From NCBI RefSeq assembly GCF_006345805.1, contig NC_043005.1:74152001-74216000 (forward strand): 64,000 bases of DNA, read 5' to 3'. The stretch comes from Octopus sinensis (lineage: Eukaryota). This document shows, one piece after another, positions 1 through 12,319 of the stretch (position 1 is its first letter; each line of letters starts with the position of its first letter). The position numbers were made by a program, and so were the translations under genes. The notes below the pieces were generated by a model, which saw only the letters and a list, made by a program, of their open reading frames with translations, ran no database searches and was not told where the DNA came from.

Positions 1-123
1 TCCTGACTTCCCAGACCCCAGTAGAACCGTCCAACCTGTGCTAGCACGGAAAACGGATGTTAAACGATGATGATGATGATGATGATGAAATAAAATCTGA
101 ATTGAGGAAAAAAGAATTCAAAC

Positions 124-295
124 CTTCAGGTGTAGTTGATGGTACTGATGGGTATGTTTGCATGGAGGGAGATATTGTCGTTTGTGTTCCGTTTAATGTG
201 ACAAAGGTTGTTGGTGTTGTTACATATGGTGATGTGGTAGTTATTGGTACACACTCAGGACAACATTTTCCAGCAGGAGTCATGAGTTCCAAACC
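124..295 (-). CDS. Mucin-like gene exon (VWC end CCPEC plus PTS segment); gene continues left of the window
   Basis: tttacag acceptor, probable GTTTGA donor, phase 0 to 1. Encodes GLELMTPAGKCCPECVPITTTSPYVTTPTTFVTLNGTQTTISPSMQTYPSVPSTTPE. Confidence 0.87.
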
Positions 296-970
296 CTGTA
301 AATAAAGTAGGAAACTGCTTTTAATCCAAAGATTAAAAAACCTAAAACAATAAATATCTTGGAAAGCTATCATAACATGATAATACTTGTGAATGCTGAC
401 CTAGATAACGTTGTTGCTGTTGAGCGAACAGTCTTCGTTCCAGAGCTTGCAAGATGGGAGAAGTCCAAAACGAGGTCCTTTGCTATTCGTAAGACCCGCA
501 GAAGAGAAAGCAGGTCAACCCCCGACACCGAGAACATCGACGGATGGATGAATGCACATCCAGGCTCAGCGGTTGCATAAGAAGTCGGGGACAAGAAACA
601 GGAGGAAAGAGTGAGAGAAAGTTGGGGCAAAAGAGTACAACAGGGGTCACCACCACCCCCTGCTGGGAATCGAAACCGCGATCCTCCGACCGTGAGTCCA
701 CTGCTGTTGCAGTTTTTTTCCCGGTCAGCCCTGATTGAACAGACCCATGGTCAAAAACCTGAAAACCATAACTCATAACCATTCAAATATATTTTATGAT
801 GTACCTAAGACTAAATTATTTTGGTTACACATGCTTTCACAAAATATAAGTTAAGGGACATTCTGCTGCTATTTTTAGCAAGTTATGCAACTATATAGTG
901 GATCCTTCTTTAGTTACAATATTGTACTGTTCCACTTGGTAAAAGCATGCTTCTTCTTTTCTTTTCTACT

Positions 971-1175
971 CTAGGCACAAGGCCCGAAATTTTGGTGGAG
1001 GGGGGCCAGTCAATTAGATCAACCCTAGTACACAACTGGTATTTAATTTATCAACCCCAAAAGGATGAAAAGCAAAGTCGCCCATGGCAGAATTTGAACT
1101 CAGAACGTAAAGACAAATGAAATACCGCTAAGTATTTCACCCGACATGCTAACATTTCTGCTAGCTTGCCACCTT
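971..1175 (-). mobile_element. tRNA-head SINE (family B)
   Basis: Contains aaggatgaaaagcaaagtcg..gaatttgaactcagaacg, the reverse complement of the head GGCGAGCTGGCAGAA..GAGTTCAAATTCC. Confidence 0.8.
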
Positions 1176-2097
1176 AAAAGCATGCTTCATCTGAGACAAA
1201 AATTAAAAATCTATGTCATTGCTCAATCTGTTAGAAATAACAACCAAATCTCTTGCAAGTGACACCATACCACCTTTAAAAAAAAAGGAAGGACACACAC
1301 CCGAAAAATAGGAATAATATAGTCATGGATATGTATGGAATAATGTGTACATGGATATACCAAAAATATGGAATGTTCTCAACTGGAATACCTCTGTTCA
1401 TTCCGAAGGTGCATGGTTTAGTATTTAGAATATTTGGCTTGCAGTCGTAATGTCATGAGTTACATTCCCATCAGTGTGTTCTGTCCTTGAGCATGACACT
1501 TTATTTCATGTTACTCCAGTTTACTCAGCTGGCAAAATGAGTTTTACATGTACTTCAAAGGGCCACCCTTGTCACATTCTATGTCTCACTGAATCTTCCT
1601 GAGAACTACATAAAAGGTGCACATATCTGTGGAGTGCAGCACTTTGGGCAAGTGTCTTCTACAATAGCCCCAAATTGATTAATATTTTTGAGTAAATTTG
1701 GTTGATGGAAACTGTGAAGAAGCCCATTATATATATATGTATATGGAGAGAGGCTGGCATGAGACTGCTGGCAATGGAAAGCTCTGGTAGACCTGGTCAG
1801 CTTTACACGTGGTGATGTCTTTGGGATCACTGACCTGGGATGACCCCAGTTCCATCAAGTAAGAGCATGAAGCAAGCAAACAGTGTTGGCTCATTTGCAT
1901 CATCCCTGTAACTTAGCAGTTTGACAAAAGAAACTGACAGAATAAGTACCAGACTTATAAACAAGTACTAAGCGTCAATTTATTCAACCAAACTCTTCAA
2001 GGCTGCAGTTCAATAACTGAAACAGGTAAAAGATATAAAATAAAGTTAATTAGCTCTCATTTATTCTTAATTTAGTAATTAAAAGAATTATACTTAC

Positions 2098-2193
2098 TGG
2101 AGGACAAGTTATAATACCACAGCGATTGGTACAAGTAACTGTGTTATTGGAACATTCACAAATGTCACAGACTCGGTTCCATTTTTCATAAGC
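2098..2193 (-). CDS. Mucin-like gene exon (VWC-like module)
   Basis: tttttttag acceptor, GTAAGT donor, phase 0 to 0. Encodes AYEKWNRVCDICECSNNTVTCTNRCGIITCPP. Absent from the ORF track. Confidence 0.92.
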
Positions 2194-3738
2194 CTAAAAA
2201 AATGGTACATTAAATTTTGCTTCAATATACTTTGAAATTATTGGCTTTCACTGGCTTTTGTTTTATAGACATCAAATTAAACAAAGAAACAAAGCTGAAA
2301 TCTTAGAATTCCACCAATCTTCAACAAGAGGCCATTCACCCGAGATATTTAAGAAGTGTTGCAACATAATTACAAAGCAGCAAGTTGTCTTCTTACACAG
2401 AAAACATGCTAACTGGAATCAGTTGTCCAGTATGGATCGGTATTGAATCTAAGACAAACAATCAATTCATGAACATTAATTCTGTGTAGGAATATAATTT
2501 TTAAGTCTTGATTTAAAAGACTTTTCATTGAAATAATTTGTCCAAACACAGAACAGGAAACTTGAAAATTGAAGTATGGTAATATATAGTTAATTACTTA
2601 TCTTTTTCCTTTAATGCAATTATGGTCAAATACTTTTTTTAAAATCTGATTCTAGACAATTTAAATAAATATCTAAACTTAAGCATCTGATGGGAGATTT
2701 GACAAAATACCATGTTTGATAGTAAGTAAGAAGCACTTTTACCAAAGAAAAAATTGTCTCAAAAGAAATCGCCCCAAGTCCTAAATGCAAAGTTGTACCT
2801 CCCATGAATTAAATTTGTGTTTTAATGCACAAAAACATTTTCCCTTTGAATATGCAAGGCTGAAACTGAGGTGTGTCTAACATGCCTGTGCATCTTTTAT
2901 GCCTTCAAATTCAGTAACTGTGTTGTAAAAATCATGCAATACATCATAGGGAAAATGGATTAACATCAAGTATAATGATATTCATTTACACTGCCTAGTA
3001 ATACATTTTTGGATTACAATTTTCAGAAGAAAACTTTTAGACCTATATTTTTCTTATTAATTTGTTAATACTGCTTACCTATATTAGAAAGTATGTAATC
3101 TGACCAGAGAAAAATTTACTTTGACTACAGTAAATGACTTTCAATTAGGTTGATGTCACAAGAATTTAACCCTTTTGATACCAACCTGCCTGAAATTGAC
3201 CCTGGTTATATGATACAAATTCCATTTTTAAATTATCTAAATTAAAATTTTTCCATCGAAATTCCATTTTAGTTTATGTTCCAAACACCAGTTTAATTAT
3301 GAGTTATTTTTGTGAAGTCTTTATTATTCTGATAATTAATTGATACATAGAATGAATATTTCAACAGAAATAAAGGTAAGATAGGTGGGACGAAACTATA
3401 CTGTTAGGCATTAATTTGAAGAGTCAACAGTTTTAGAGATTTCACTGCCTTAATTCTAGCAATAATGCTGTAACATCTGAGTTAAATAAGCAGAGATAAT
3501 TCTAGAAATAGTAATAACAAGAAAGGATGAAGGTAAGCTTAGTAAGTGGTGTTAATGATATGCTTGTTATTGATGTTAGTGTTGTAAGTGATGACAAAGC
3601 TGTTGCTAATGTTGGTGATACTCACACTTCCTGAAGTCAAGGACTGATTGTTTGTTGTTTGGATACTTGTGATTATGGAAGGTCAAACATTTTACTCTTA
3701 TATTAATCTGAAGCATTTGATTAATGCTTTTGTCACTA

Positions 3739-3795
3739 TATTTCCATTGAAATACACTATTTCCATTGAAATACGCTATTTCCATTGAAATACAC
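3739..3795. repeat. Tandem 19-bp repeat, 3 copies (TATTTCCATTGAAATACAC)
   Basis: Three adjacent units with one substitution; each has a TATTTC/GAAATA hairpin. Confidence 0.95.
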
Positions 3796-4097
3796 TTAAT
3801 CATTACTAAGATGATGTTTGGAACATTAATTAGCATGAAATTTTGGAGGCAGATTTTAATTTCAATCACCAAAACTAAACAAAGTTTGTATCACAGACAC
3901 CGGGACAGTCTCAGACAAATTTATATCAAAAGGATTTATTAATAAATATTTTTCCTATTATTCATGACTTTGGACGTTATTGAAGATACTGGGTAATAAC
4001 AATGAATATAAGTAAAGATGATGCTTATGATGATCCTTATCATTACGATGATGATCATGTTCATCATGGTGATTATGTTACTATTGGTAAGTCATAC

Positions 4098-4195
4098 CTC
4101 TCGTGTTACATTATTCACTTCATCTTTGCAACTGCACATGAGTTCTTTAATTGGACCGCCAGGACCTATAGCAAAGCCTGGTGCTAAATCACAAC
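4098..4195 (-). CDS. Mucin-like gene exon (TIL-like second half)
   Basis: tttacag acceptor, GTATGA donor, phase 1 to 0. Encodes (G)CDLAPGFAIGPGGPIKELMCSCKDEVNNVTRE. Confidence 0.88.
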
Positions 4196-4436
4196 CTGTA
4201 AATAAATAAAATAGCAATGGAATTATTACTTTTTTCTGTTTATGGATTCTGCCTGAAATGTCTAGTTTCTCTTCTTCCTCACACCAAACAGAATTATTCC
4301 CTTTCGGCACTTTTACTTTTTAATATTTGCCAACAGGAACCATCGCTAGTTTCCTCAAATTCCATTGCTTTACTTTTTCAATAGAAACATTGATTACTTT
4401 TGATAAGGCAGAAGGCTAATTATTTTAAATCTCATG

Positions 4437-4932
4437 CTGGGTTTTGGGAGATTGGTCAATCCTAACATTCTTGTAGCAATTGAGTTCATGGCTCGTGGGA
4501 CGGCTTACTGTGCTAACCTTGGATCGTAGCATGACCCGCTGTTCTTGAGAAGACCTATTGAGTCAAGTACGTTAATACCAACATGAAATGAAAATTGAAT
4601 GGAAATAGTAGTTAAGACAGCCGTGCCGGTGACACATTAAAAGAAAAGCACCATCTGAACGTGGCAGATGTCAGCGCCGCCTGACTGGCATCTGTGTCGG
4701 TGACACGTAAAAGCACCAACTGATTGTGGCCGTTTGCCAGTCTCCTCTGGCCTCTATGCCAATAGCACGTAAAAAGCACCCATTACACTAAGGAGTGGTT
4801 GGCGTTAGGAAGGGCATCCAGCTGTGGAAACACTGCCAGATCAGACTGGTGCTTGGTGCAGCCTCCTGGCTTCCCAGACCCCGGTCAAACCCATGCTAGC
4901 ATGGAAAACGGACGTTAAACAATGATGATGAT
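4437..4932 (+). mobile_element. SINE/LINE-tail repeat (family A) ending in (GAT)n
   Basis: ggcgttaggaagggcatccagctg..catggaaaacggacgttaaacaatgatgatgat. Further copies at 1-87, 5402-5852 and 16197-16607. Confidence 0.8.
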
Positions 4933-5401
4933 TTGGGGCTTTTGGGAGTTTAAAATATCATGTCAGGTGAGATGTAAAACTAAGTATCTATAAAGCAACA
5001 GGTTCAGTGTTTCAACATAATGATTTCCTGCATTGGGACCAAATCATAAATGAACACAGCAAAAGTAGAAATATATCAACTTAATGCCAGAATATAACTA
5101 ATAGTTATTTTATAAAACCCAGAGGAATGAATGGCATAGCTGATACCCAGCAATATTTAACTCAAAATGTAGAAAGATGAAACTAAATTATTAATGATAT
5201 ATATAGTCCAGTTCTCTATGTTTTCTGATACTTAAATGCTCTCTTACATATTACCTCATGAACTAAATTTTACCTCATTAACTAAATTTTATAAAACAGT
5301 TATTAATACTGAAAATGTATTCATGTTGGAGCACTGTTTTTAATATTTTCGAGACCTCTGGAGATATGCTGTGACAGCAAAGATCCAACAAATAACGTGA
5401 G

Positions 5402-5852
5402 TTCATGGCTGTTTCCTTCACCAGCTTCACATAGCATCCCCAGCCCATCCAAAGTACCTTGGATCATAGGGCGACTTGCTGTGCTTGAGATCTATTGAGT
5501 CAAGTACATCAACATCAAAACAAAAATCAAATGGAAATTGTAGTTGTGATACCCATGCCAGTGGCACATAAAAAACGCCATCTGAACATGGCCAATGCCA
5601 GCACCGCCTTGACTGGTTTCCATGCTGGTGGCATGTAAAAAGCATCAACCGATCATGGCCGTTTCCAGCCTCTCCTGGCACATAAAAAGCACCCACTACA
5701 CTCACAGAGTGGTTGGCGTTAGGAAGGGCTTCCAGCTGTAGAAACACTGCCAGATCAGACTGGAACCTGGTGCAGCCTCCTGGCTTCCCAGATCCTGGCC
5801 AAACCGTCCAACCCATACTAGCATAGAAAACGGACGTTAAATGATGATGATG
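5402..5852 (+). mobile_element. Family A repeat
   Basis: Near-copy of 4437-4932; explains ORF 5427-5867. Confidence 0.8.
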
Positions 5853-6419
5853 ACTCAAATAAATCAACCCTAGTGATTTATTTTTTTACATTTATTTCAT
5901 AACACAATCTTTCAAAAGTGACATTGGTTACAAGTTTACAATCGGGTAATCTCTTCACTGGTTCACAGCATTTTTGATGAAGAAAGTGACAAAAAGATGT
6001 CTATAACTCAGTACAGAACAAATATCACAAGTGTCTTCATTCAAAAGCCTCCAGTATGAGAAGTTTCTCATTGAGGTTTCTACACAGTTTTTATCAACCA
6101 AATAACCATTACAAGACACTAGTCAATATGAGACCCCATACCTAGGTATTGCTACTCATTTTATAGTCCTCAGATATAAAAGACGAAAAAAGACTATTGC
6201 CAAAAGCATATGCTTTAATAAAATATTACTTCATTTAACCATAGTTATAGAAATAATGAGAACCACTTGGGACTCAAATCTGCTTTTGATAAGCATGCTT
6301 AACTCTTTAGCATTCAGATTTCTTTGTCAAATGTAATGTTTATTTATTCGCACTATTTTGATTTACTGATGCATTATCTGGTAGTTTTGAGATTTTGATG
6401 ATGCTTTTTATGTATATGC

Positions 6420-6716
6420 CCTTTTCAAGCATAGCCAGGCTCATGGGTCTGGTTTCCTGGTTTCTATGGTGTATGTGTTCCCCCCAGCTGGACAGGATGC
6501 CAGTCCATCGTAGCATTACCCAAGAAACAGGAAGAAAGACTGGGAGGAAGTTGGGGTGAAAGAGTACAACAGGGGTCGCCACCACCCTCTGCCAGAGCCT
6601 CGTGGAGCTTTAGGTGTTTTTGCTCAATAAACACACACAACATCCGGTCTGGAAATCAAAACTGCGATCCTCCAACCGCGAGTCTGCTGCCCTAACCACT
6701 GGGCCATTGCGCCTCC
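6420..6716 (-). mobile_element. tRNA-head SINE (family D)
   Basis: Reverse complement of ggaggcgcaatggcccagtggttagggcagc. Related copies at 527-716, 24650-24815 and 35690-35830. Confidence 0.75.
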
Positions 6717-7055
6717 ACAATGATGATGTGGTTCTTCATTTTTAGAATGACATGTAAACACCAGCAGGATTGGAAAACGAAGAGGAAAATCTACCAGAGT
6801 TTCACTGTTTAAGTCTAAGTTTAGAACAGTAGCTAACAAACAAAAACTTGCATAACTAAACAGCCATAGAACAGTAACTTAAATAGTTACTTTGTTCAGT
6901 TTGTCTGACACAAAAGACAGTTTACTGGTAGATTAACTGGTACTTAAGTAAGTTACCAACAATAAACCATTCAACTATCAGTAATAAAAATAACAAAGTA
7001 ATTATTTCAATAACTTTACATTTCAAGGTATAATTCATTTTAATATCCCTAGTTG

Positions 7056-7880
7056 AAAAACGGCAGTGAGCTGGCAGAATTGTTCGCATGCTGGGCAAAA
7101 TGAATAGCAGTATTTCATCCATCTTTACATTCTGAGTTTGAATTCCATCAAGGTAGACTTAGCCTTTTATCCTTTCAAGGTTGATAAAATAAGCACCTGT
7201 AGAGCACTGGGTCAATGTAAGCAACTACCCTTCCCCCTAAAATTTCAGACCTTGTGTTTATAGTCAAAAGAAATGTTCCTAGTTGAAGAGAGGTGACAAG
7301 CTGGCAGAATCATTACCATTCCAGAAAAATTGCTTAGCAGCATTTCTTCTGATTTTATGTCCTAAGTTCAGATGCCACCAGGGTTGATTTTGCCTTTCAC
7401 CCTTTTGGGATTGATAAAATAAGTACCAGCTGAACACTGGGTCAATCTTATTTCTTTATTTATATTTCTTTATTGCTCACAAGGGGCTAAACATAGAGGG
7501 GACAAACAAGGACAGACAAATGGAGTAAGTCGATTATATCGACCCCAGTGCGTAACTGGTACTTATTTATCGACCCCTAAAGGATGAAAGGCAAAGTCGA
7601 CCTCGGTGGAATTTGAACTCCGAACATAATGGCAGACAAAATACCTATTTCTTTTACTACCCACAAGGGGCTAAACACAGAGAGGACAAACAAGGACAGA
7701 CAAATGGATTAAGTCGATTATATCGACCCCAGTGCGTAGCTGGTACTTATTTAATCGACCCCGAAAGGATGAAAGGCAAAGTTGATCTCGGTGGAATTTG
7801 AACTCAGAGTGTAACGGCAGACGAAATATCGCTAAGCATTTCACCCGGTGTGCTAACGGTTCTGCCAGCTTGCTGCCTTC
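7056..7880. mobile_element. Cluster of four family B SINE copies (+,+,-,-)
   Basis: Plus copies at about 7056-7270 and 7290-7445; minus copies at about 7450-7640 and 7645-7880. Confidence 0.8.
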
Positions 7881-8060
7881 CACTGGAGTCAATCTAACGA
7901 ACTTACCCCCTCCCCTGGACTTGCTGGCCTTGTACTAAAACTTTAAACCAATATTTCTAGTCAAAAAATATTTTTCATTGAAAGATGATGCAACATTTAT
8001 ATCAAAATAAGCTCTGATTAGAGAAATATTTCAACGACAAAATTTTAAAACAACACCAAC

Positions 8061-8174
8061 CTTCAACACAAGGATAAGTTTCATTTTTGTTACATCCATC
8101 TGGTGGTGCTACTGAATGACAGAAATTTTCACATTTCTTCTTACAAGGAGTTTTGATGTAAGGATATTTGCACT
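8061..8174 (-). CDS. Mucin-like gene exon (second TIL-like domain, first half)
   Basis: ttttgcag acceptor, GTTGGT donor, phase 1 to 1. Encodes CKYPYIKTPCKKKCENFCHSVAPPDGCNKNETYPCVE; splicing to the next exon rebuilds the CVEGC motif. Confidence 0.88.
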
Positions 8175-8400
8175 CTGCAAAAAGACATAAGACAATGATA
8201 ATTATATTAATTATGTCAACATTTATATTTTTATACAAAACAAATATATTTTGGAAATCAGATGCATTAACTCTTTAGCATTCAGATTATTCTGTCAAAT
8301 GTATGATTGATTGATTGATTGATTCTAGTTTCAGCTCATGAGCTGTGGCCATGCTGGGGCACCACCATTTGAAAATATAGCTATACCTAAGCAGAACAAT

Positions 8401-8473
8401 TTCCCATGCCAGGAATCGAACCTGGGACCGCCTGGGTGAAAGCCAGGGATCTTAACCACTAGACCACATGGGA
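8401..8473 (-). tRNA. tRNA-Glu: tRNA-Glu (anticodon TTC), intronic
   Basis: Minus strand reads TCCCATG-TG-GTCTAGTGGTTAAGATC-CCTGG-CTTTCAC-CCAGG-CGGTC-CCAGG-TTCGATT-CCTGG-CATGGGA-A. Acceptor, anticodon and T stems pair fully, A and B boxes are present, and TTTT lies about 25 nt downstream. 73 nt, with a 5-nt variable loop. Confidence 0.78.
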
Positions 8474-8734
8474 CTATTGCTTATATATTCACATTATTTT
8501 GATTTAATCAAGCATGATATTGTAGTTTGCAGATTTCTATGATGTGAGTGTTCATTTTTACAGTGAAATTGTAGGGTAAGAGTGAGATCTGGTCAGCTTG
8601 AGTATAAAACAGATAGAAAATTTGGACCAGATATGGCCAGTTTAAATGCTAAAAGGTTAATGTCAAATATTTTTGTTGGTTGATTTTATCAAACCTCTTT
8701 TTAAAGTTATGTTATTTAGCAATGTTGCACGCAT

Positions 8735-8935
8735 AGGCATAGAAGTGGCTGCATGGTAAGTAGCTTGCTTACCAACCACATGGTTCTGGATTCAGTCCCA
8801 CTGCATGGCACCTTGGGCAAGTGTCTTCTACTATAGCCTCGAGCTGACCAAAGCATTGTGAGTGGATTTAGTAGATGGAAACTGAAAGAAGCCCGTCGTA
8901 TATATGTATGTATGTGTATATATATATATATATAT

Positions 8936-8998
<63 letters not shown>

Positions 8999-9215
8999 TT
9001 GTGTGTCTGTGTTTGTCACCCCAACATCGCTTGACAACCGATGCTGGTGTGTTTATGTCCCTGTAACTTAGCAGTTCAGCAAAAGAGACTGATAGAATAA
9101 GTACTAGGCTTATAAAGAATAAGTCCTGGGGTCAATTTGCTCAACTAAAGGTGGTGCTCCAGCATGGCCACAGTCACATGACTGAAACAAGTAAAAGAGA
9201 GTAAAAGAGTAAAGA
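8735..9215 (+). mobile_element. tRNA-head SINE (family C), full length, CpG-decayed
   Basis: Head ..GTGGCTGCATGGTAAG..GGATTCAGTCCC, internal (TA)/(TG) microsatellite, GACTGAAACAAGTAAAAGAG tail. Confidence 0.85.
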
Positions 9216-9237
9216 GTATGTATGTCTGTAGGTACTC

Positions 9238-9650
9238 TCTCTCTCTCTTTACTCTTTTACTTGTTTCAGTCATTTGACTGCGGCCATGCTGGAGCACCGC
9301 CTTTAGTTGAGCAAATCGACCCCAGGACTTATTCTTTGTAAGCCCAGTACTTATTCTATCGGTCTCTTTTGCCGAACCGCTAAGTGACAGGGACGTAAAC
9401 ACACCAGCATCAGTTGTCAAGCAATACTAGGGGGACAAACACAGACACACAAACATATACACACACTTATATATATATACATATATACGACAGGCTTCTT
9501 TCAGTTTCCGTCTACCAATCCACTCACAAGGCATTGGTCGGCCCGGGGCTATAGCAGAAGACACTTGCCCAAGATGCCATGCAGTGGGACTGAACCCGGA
9601 ACCATGTGGTTGGTTAGCAAGCTACTTACCACACAGCCACTCCTGCGCCT
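9238..9650 (-). mobile_element. SINE family C, full length, inverted relative to 8735-9215
   Basis: Reverse complement of the neighbouring copy; CpGs retained. Confidence 0.85.
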
Positions 9651-9856
9651 ACGTTTATATTAGAGTGCAAATGTGTAAAATTTGTAAAATTGGAAATTAA
9701 ATTTAGTTAGAAAGAATAATAATAATAATCATAGCAGAAAGAGACCCTGTGAGACCTTTGACAGCAGGCTGCTATCTGCTCTCACTGAATCTACCTGTGC
9801 AAACAAAATCAAGTGCTCTGAGAAGTAAAACAATAATAATAATAGTAATTACCTAC

Positions 9857-9988
9857 CTATAGTAGTTGGTGGAGTTGTAGACCCAAATGGTGTTGTTAAA
9901 GAAAATCCAGTGCCAGTCTGATAAGATGAGAAACTTGTAAGTGTTGGCAGAGTTGTGTACAGAGTTGTTGGTGCCACTGTCGTAGATG
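9857..9988 (-). CDS. Mucin-like gene exon (PTS, Thr/Ser/Pro-rich segment)
   Basis: tttag acceptor, GTAGGT donor, phase 1 to 1. Encodes STTVAPTTLYTTLPTLTSFSSYQTGTGFSLTTPFGSTTPPTTI. Absent from the ORF track. Confidence 0.87.
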
Positions 9989-10427
9989 CTAAACAATAAA
10001 GGAAGATTATATTATTAAGATGATTATTTAAATGACTGGATGATATTCACATTGCAAAATGAATAAAGGGTAAAGACCCCCTTCATTCATGAATGACCAT
10101 GGGATTGCACCTAGAAAGTTACCCTCCAAATTACAAGTCCAAGCAAGGTTGTTTATGGAAGACCAGCAGTCAACCATGCATACCAGCTTCCTCTCTTCAC
10201 ATAACCGATGTTATCCAAGGCAAAGGCAAAGGCAGATACAGCTTGGCACCAGTGGAGTTGCAACTCATTTCTACGGCTGAGGAACAAGAGCAATGTAAAA
10301 GAAAGTGTCCTGCTCAATAACACAACACACATTCTAGTTCAGGGATTGAACTCACTACCTCATGATTGTGAGCCCAACACTCTAGCCACTGAGCCATGCT
10401 CCTTCAACACCTGTAATTATAACTACA

Positions 10428-11301
10428 CTAGCAGCATAGCCCGGCGTTGCCCGGGTATGTAAGAAACTTTGTCGATAAGCAATGCCCTTTACCTTTTTAC
10501 CTTTTTTTGTACTCACTGAACCGTTATTTTGTAAAATGCAGCCTAAAAGGCATTAAGGCATTCAAGGCATTGTTCCCTTGCATGCATGAAGAAAATCTAT
10601 GACAGTCAAAGTGCATTTTCTGGTTTTGTTAACTACATTGACAAAAGGTCGTTAGTTTGACATTTAATGCAAACTTGATGTCCAATATCGGTGTAGGGAA
10701 AATCTATGAGAACTTTCAAAAAATATTGCAGAAAAATCGGTTTGCTATGTGTACCACATATGATGTAATTAACCGATTTTTCCCAGTAATAACGTATCCT
10801 ATTGGAATCAAAAGGGCCATATAGCTCCTTGGAGCAGACATGATGCTCGCTGTGAATTTCAAAAAGAAAATTCCTGCCAATTTGTTAAACATATTGTCGA
10901 AAATATGTCATCTTGAATTTGAACGCGATTTCCCAACATGGCATGATTTTATCAATTTTTTCTGATGGTAAGGTATTGCATGGAAAACTAACATCAGAAT
11001 TAAGTTCTTAGGGTAACATTAAGCTTCACCATGAGTTTGGTGAAAATCGATTGCAAGTTTCAAAAACTACAATGGAAAATGTGTTGCACATGATAAGCTT
11101 AGATTCTTGACCCCATGTCGAATTTATCGATTTTTTCATAACTGGGGGAACTTTTCAAAATTTTCACTGTGTTAGTTTTGAATTATGACATTGGGCTATG
11201 TGTGTCAAGTTTCATCAGAATCGGTTGAAAGCGGTGGTCAGGGTGAGGGTACAACCTGACAGACACACAGACAGACAAACTGCCTTTTATATATATAGAG
11301 A
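10428..11301 (-). mobile_element. Non-autonomous Helitron-like element
   Basis: On the minus strand: 5' TCTCTATATATAT.., subterminal hairpin CCCGG-N6-CCGGG (10440-10455), 3' CTAG, inserted between A and T. Confidence 0.75.
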
Positions 11302-12217
11302 TAGAGATATTCATAAGTATGGATGGATGCAAATAAGAATGCACATAAGTATGCATGGGTGAATGTGCAGGTGTGTGTGTGTAATATTTATACTTATGAC
11401 TATGTAAATGCTTATATTATGTCTTTCATTTACTTATATATCTATTTCATATGTTAGCTTGAACATATGATCAAAAGCTCGCCAACATAAGGTAACAGCT
11501 CTCAGGTCACAAGTGAATACAATAAATATAAATATTATGCATATCTGCAACATGTATCACTCTTGAATTATCTTTTCTCCTCTCACTATTCCTATCTTAA
11601 TACCCATGCCAATTCCCTCTCTAATACACTTAGCTCTCCACATTCAATCATTCCATCTTTGAACTTTTCTCCAATAACATCTCAAATGTAAGATCTCTTC
11701 CCTGAAGACAGAGGCTCATCTCATCCTATGATGGAATCAATCTACAAACATTATCATGGACTATCTGAACAGTTCATACACTAAATGATCTAAACACTAA
11801 CTTTTCAACATCTATCCTATCTTGTGTCAGCTTGCTGAAGATATTTGTAAGATTCTATTGTATCTTTCGTGCAGTCATTATTTGCACTGCATGCACAGTT
11901 TTGAGTACCTGCACGTAGCTTTCTTGTAGAATTAGCAAGAACCAATCCAATGGAAGCAAAATATGGATGTAAAATATTTTCTCATCTCATGACTAGCTAA
12001 CATCATATTTTTTTCCATTGTAATTTATGATTTATATTTTTGCAATATTTGAGGCTTGGAAAACTGAAGTATTTTGATAATGATCAAAGTTTTCATCAAT
12101 CAATTATCAATGTTTCAGTCTTGAATGAAATTCCTGACAGACTGGAAGTAATGTGCTCAATTCTAACAGAACATATCTTAATGAAATAATATAATTTTAT
12201 TAATGTATAAAACTTAC

Positions 12218-12319
12218 TGCAGTTGATTTCATCAAGATCATAAAGACATTCTCTGTTTCCATCACAGATAGTAGCACAGAATCCGTCACAGAACATTTTG
12301 TCATCACCAACACAAAGCT
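12218..12319 (-). CDS. Mucin-like gene exon (LDL-receptor class A-like module)
   Basis: ttttcag acceptor, GTAAGT donor, phase 1 to 1. Encodes LCVGDDKMFCDGFCATICDGNRECLYDLDEINC, with the CDGxxxCxxxxDExxC LDLa signature. Confidence 0.9.

Noticed and set aside
57-305. 82-aa plus-strand ORF
   Set aside because: Antisense shadow of the mucin exon plus a (GAT)n repeat tail.
3739-3795. CRISPR-like palindromic repeats
   Set aside because: Eukaryotic context, no spacers and no cas genes.
5900-6120. Cys-containing minus-strand frames (SCNGYLVDKNCVE..DTCDIC; CCEPVKRLPDC) as an extra mucin exon
   Set aside because: Exons 8061-8174 and 4098-4195 already join to rebuild CVEGC, the splice sites are poor and the frames are broken. 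It could be a decayed LINE zinc-finger, but that is unsupported.
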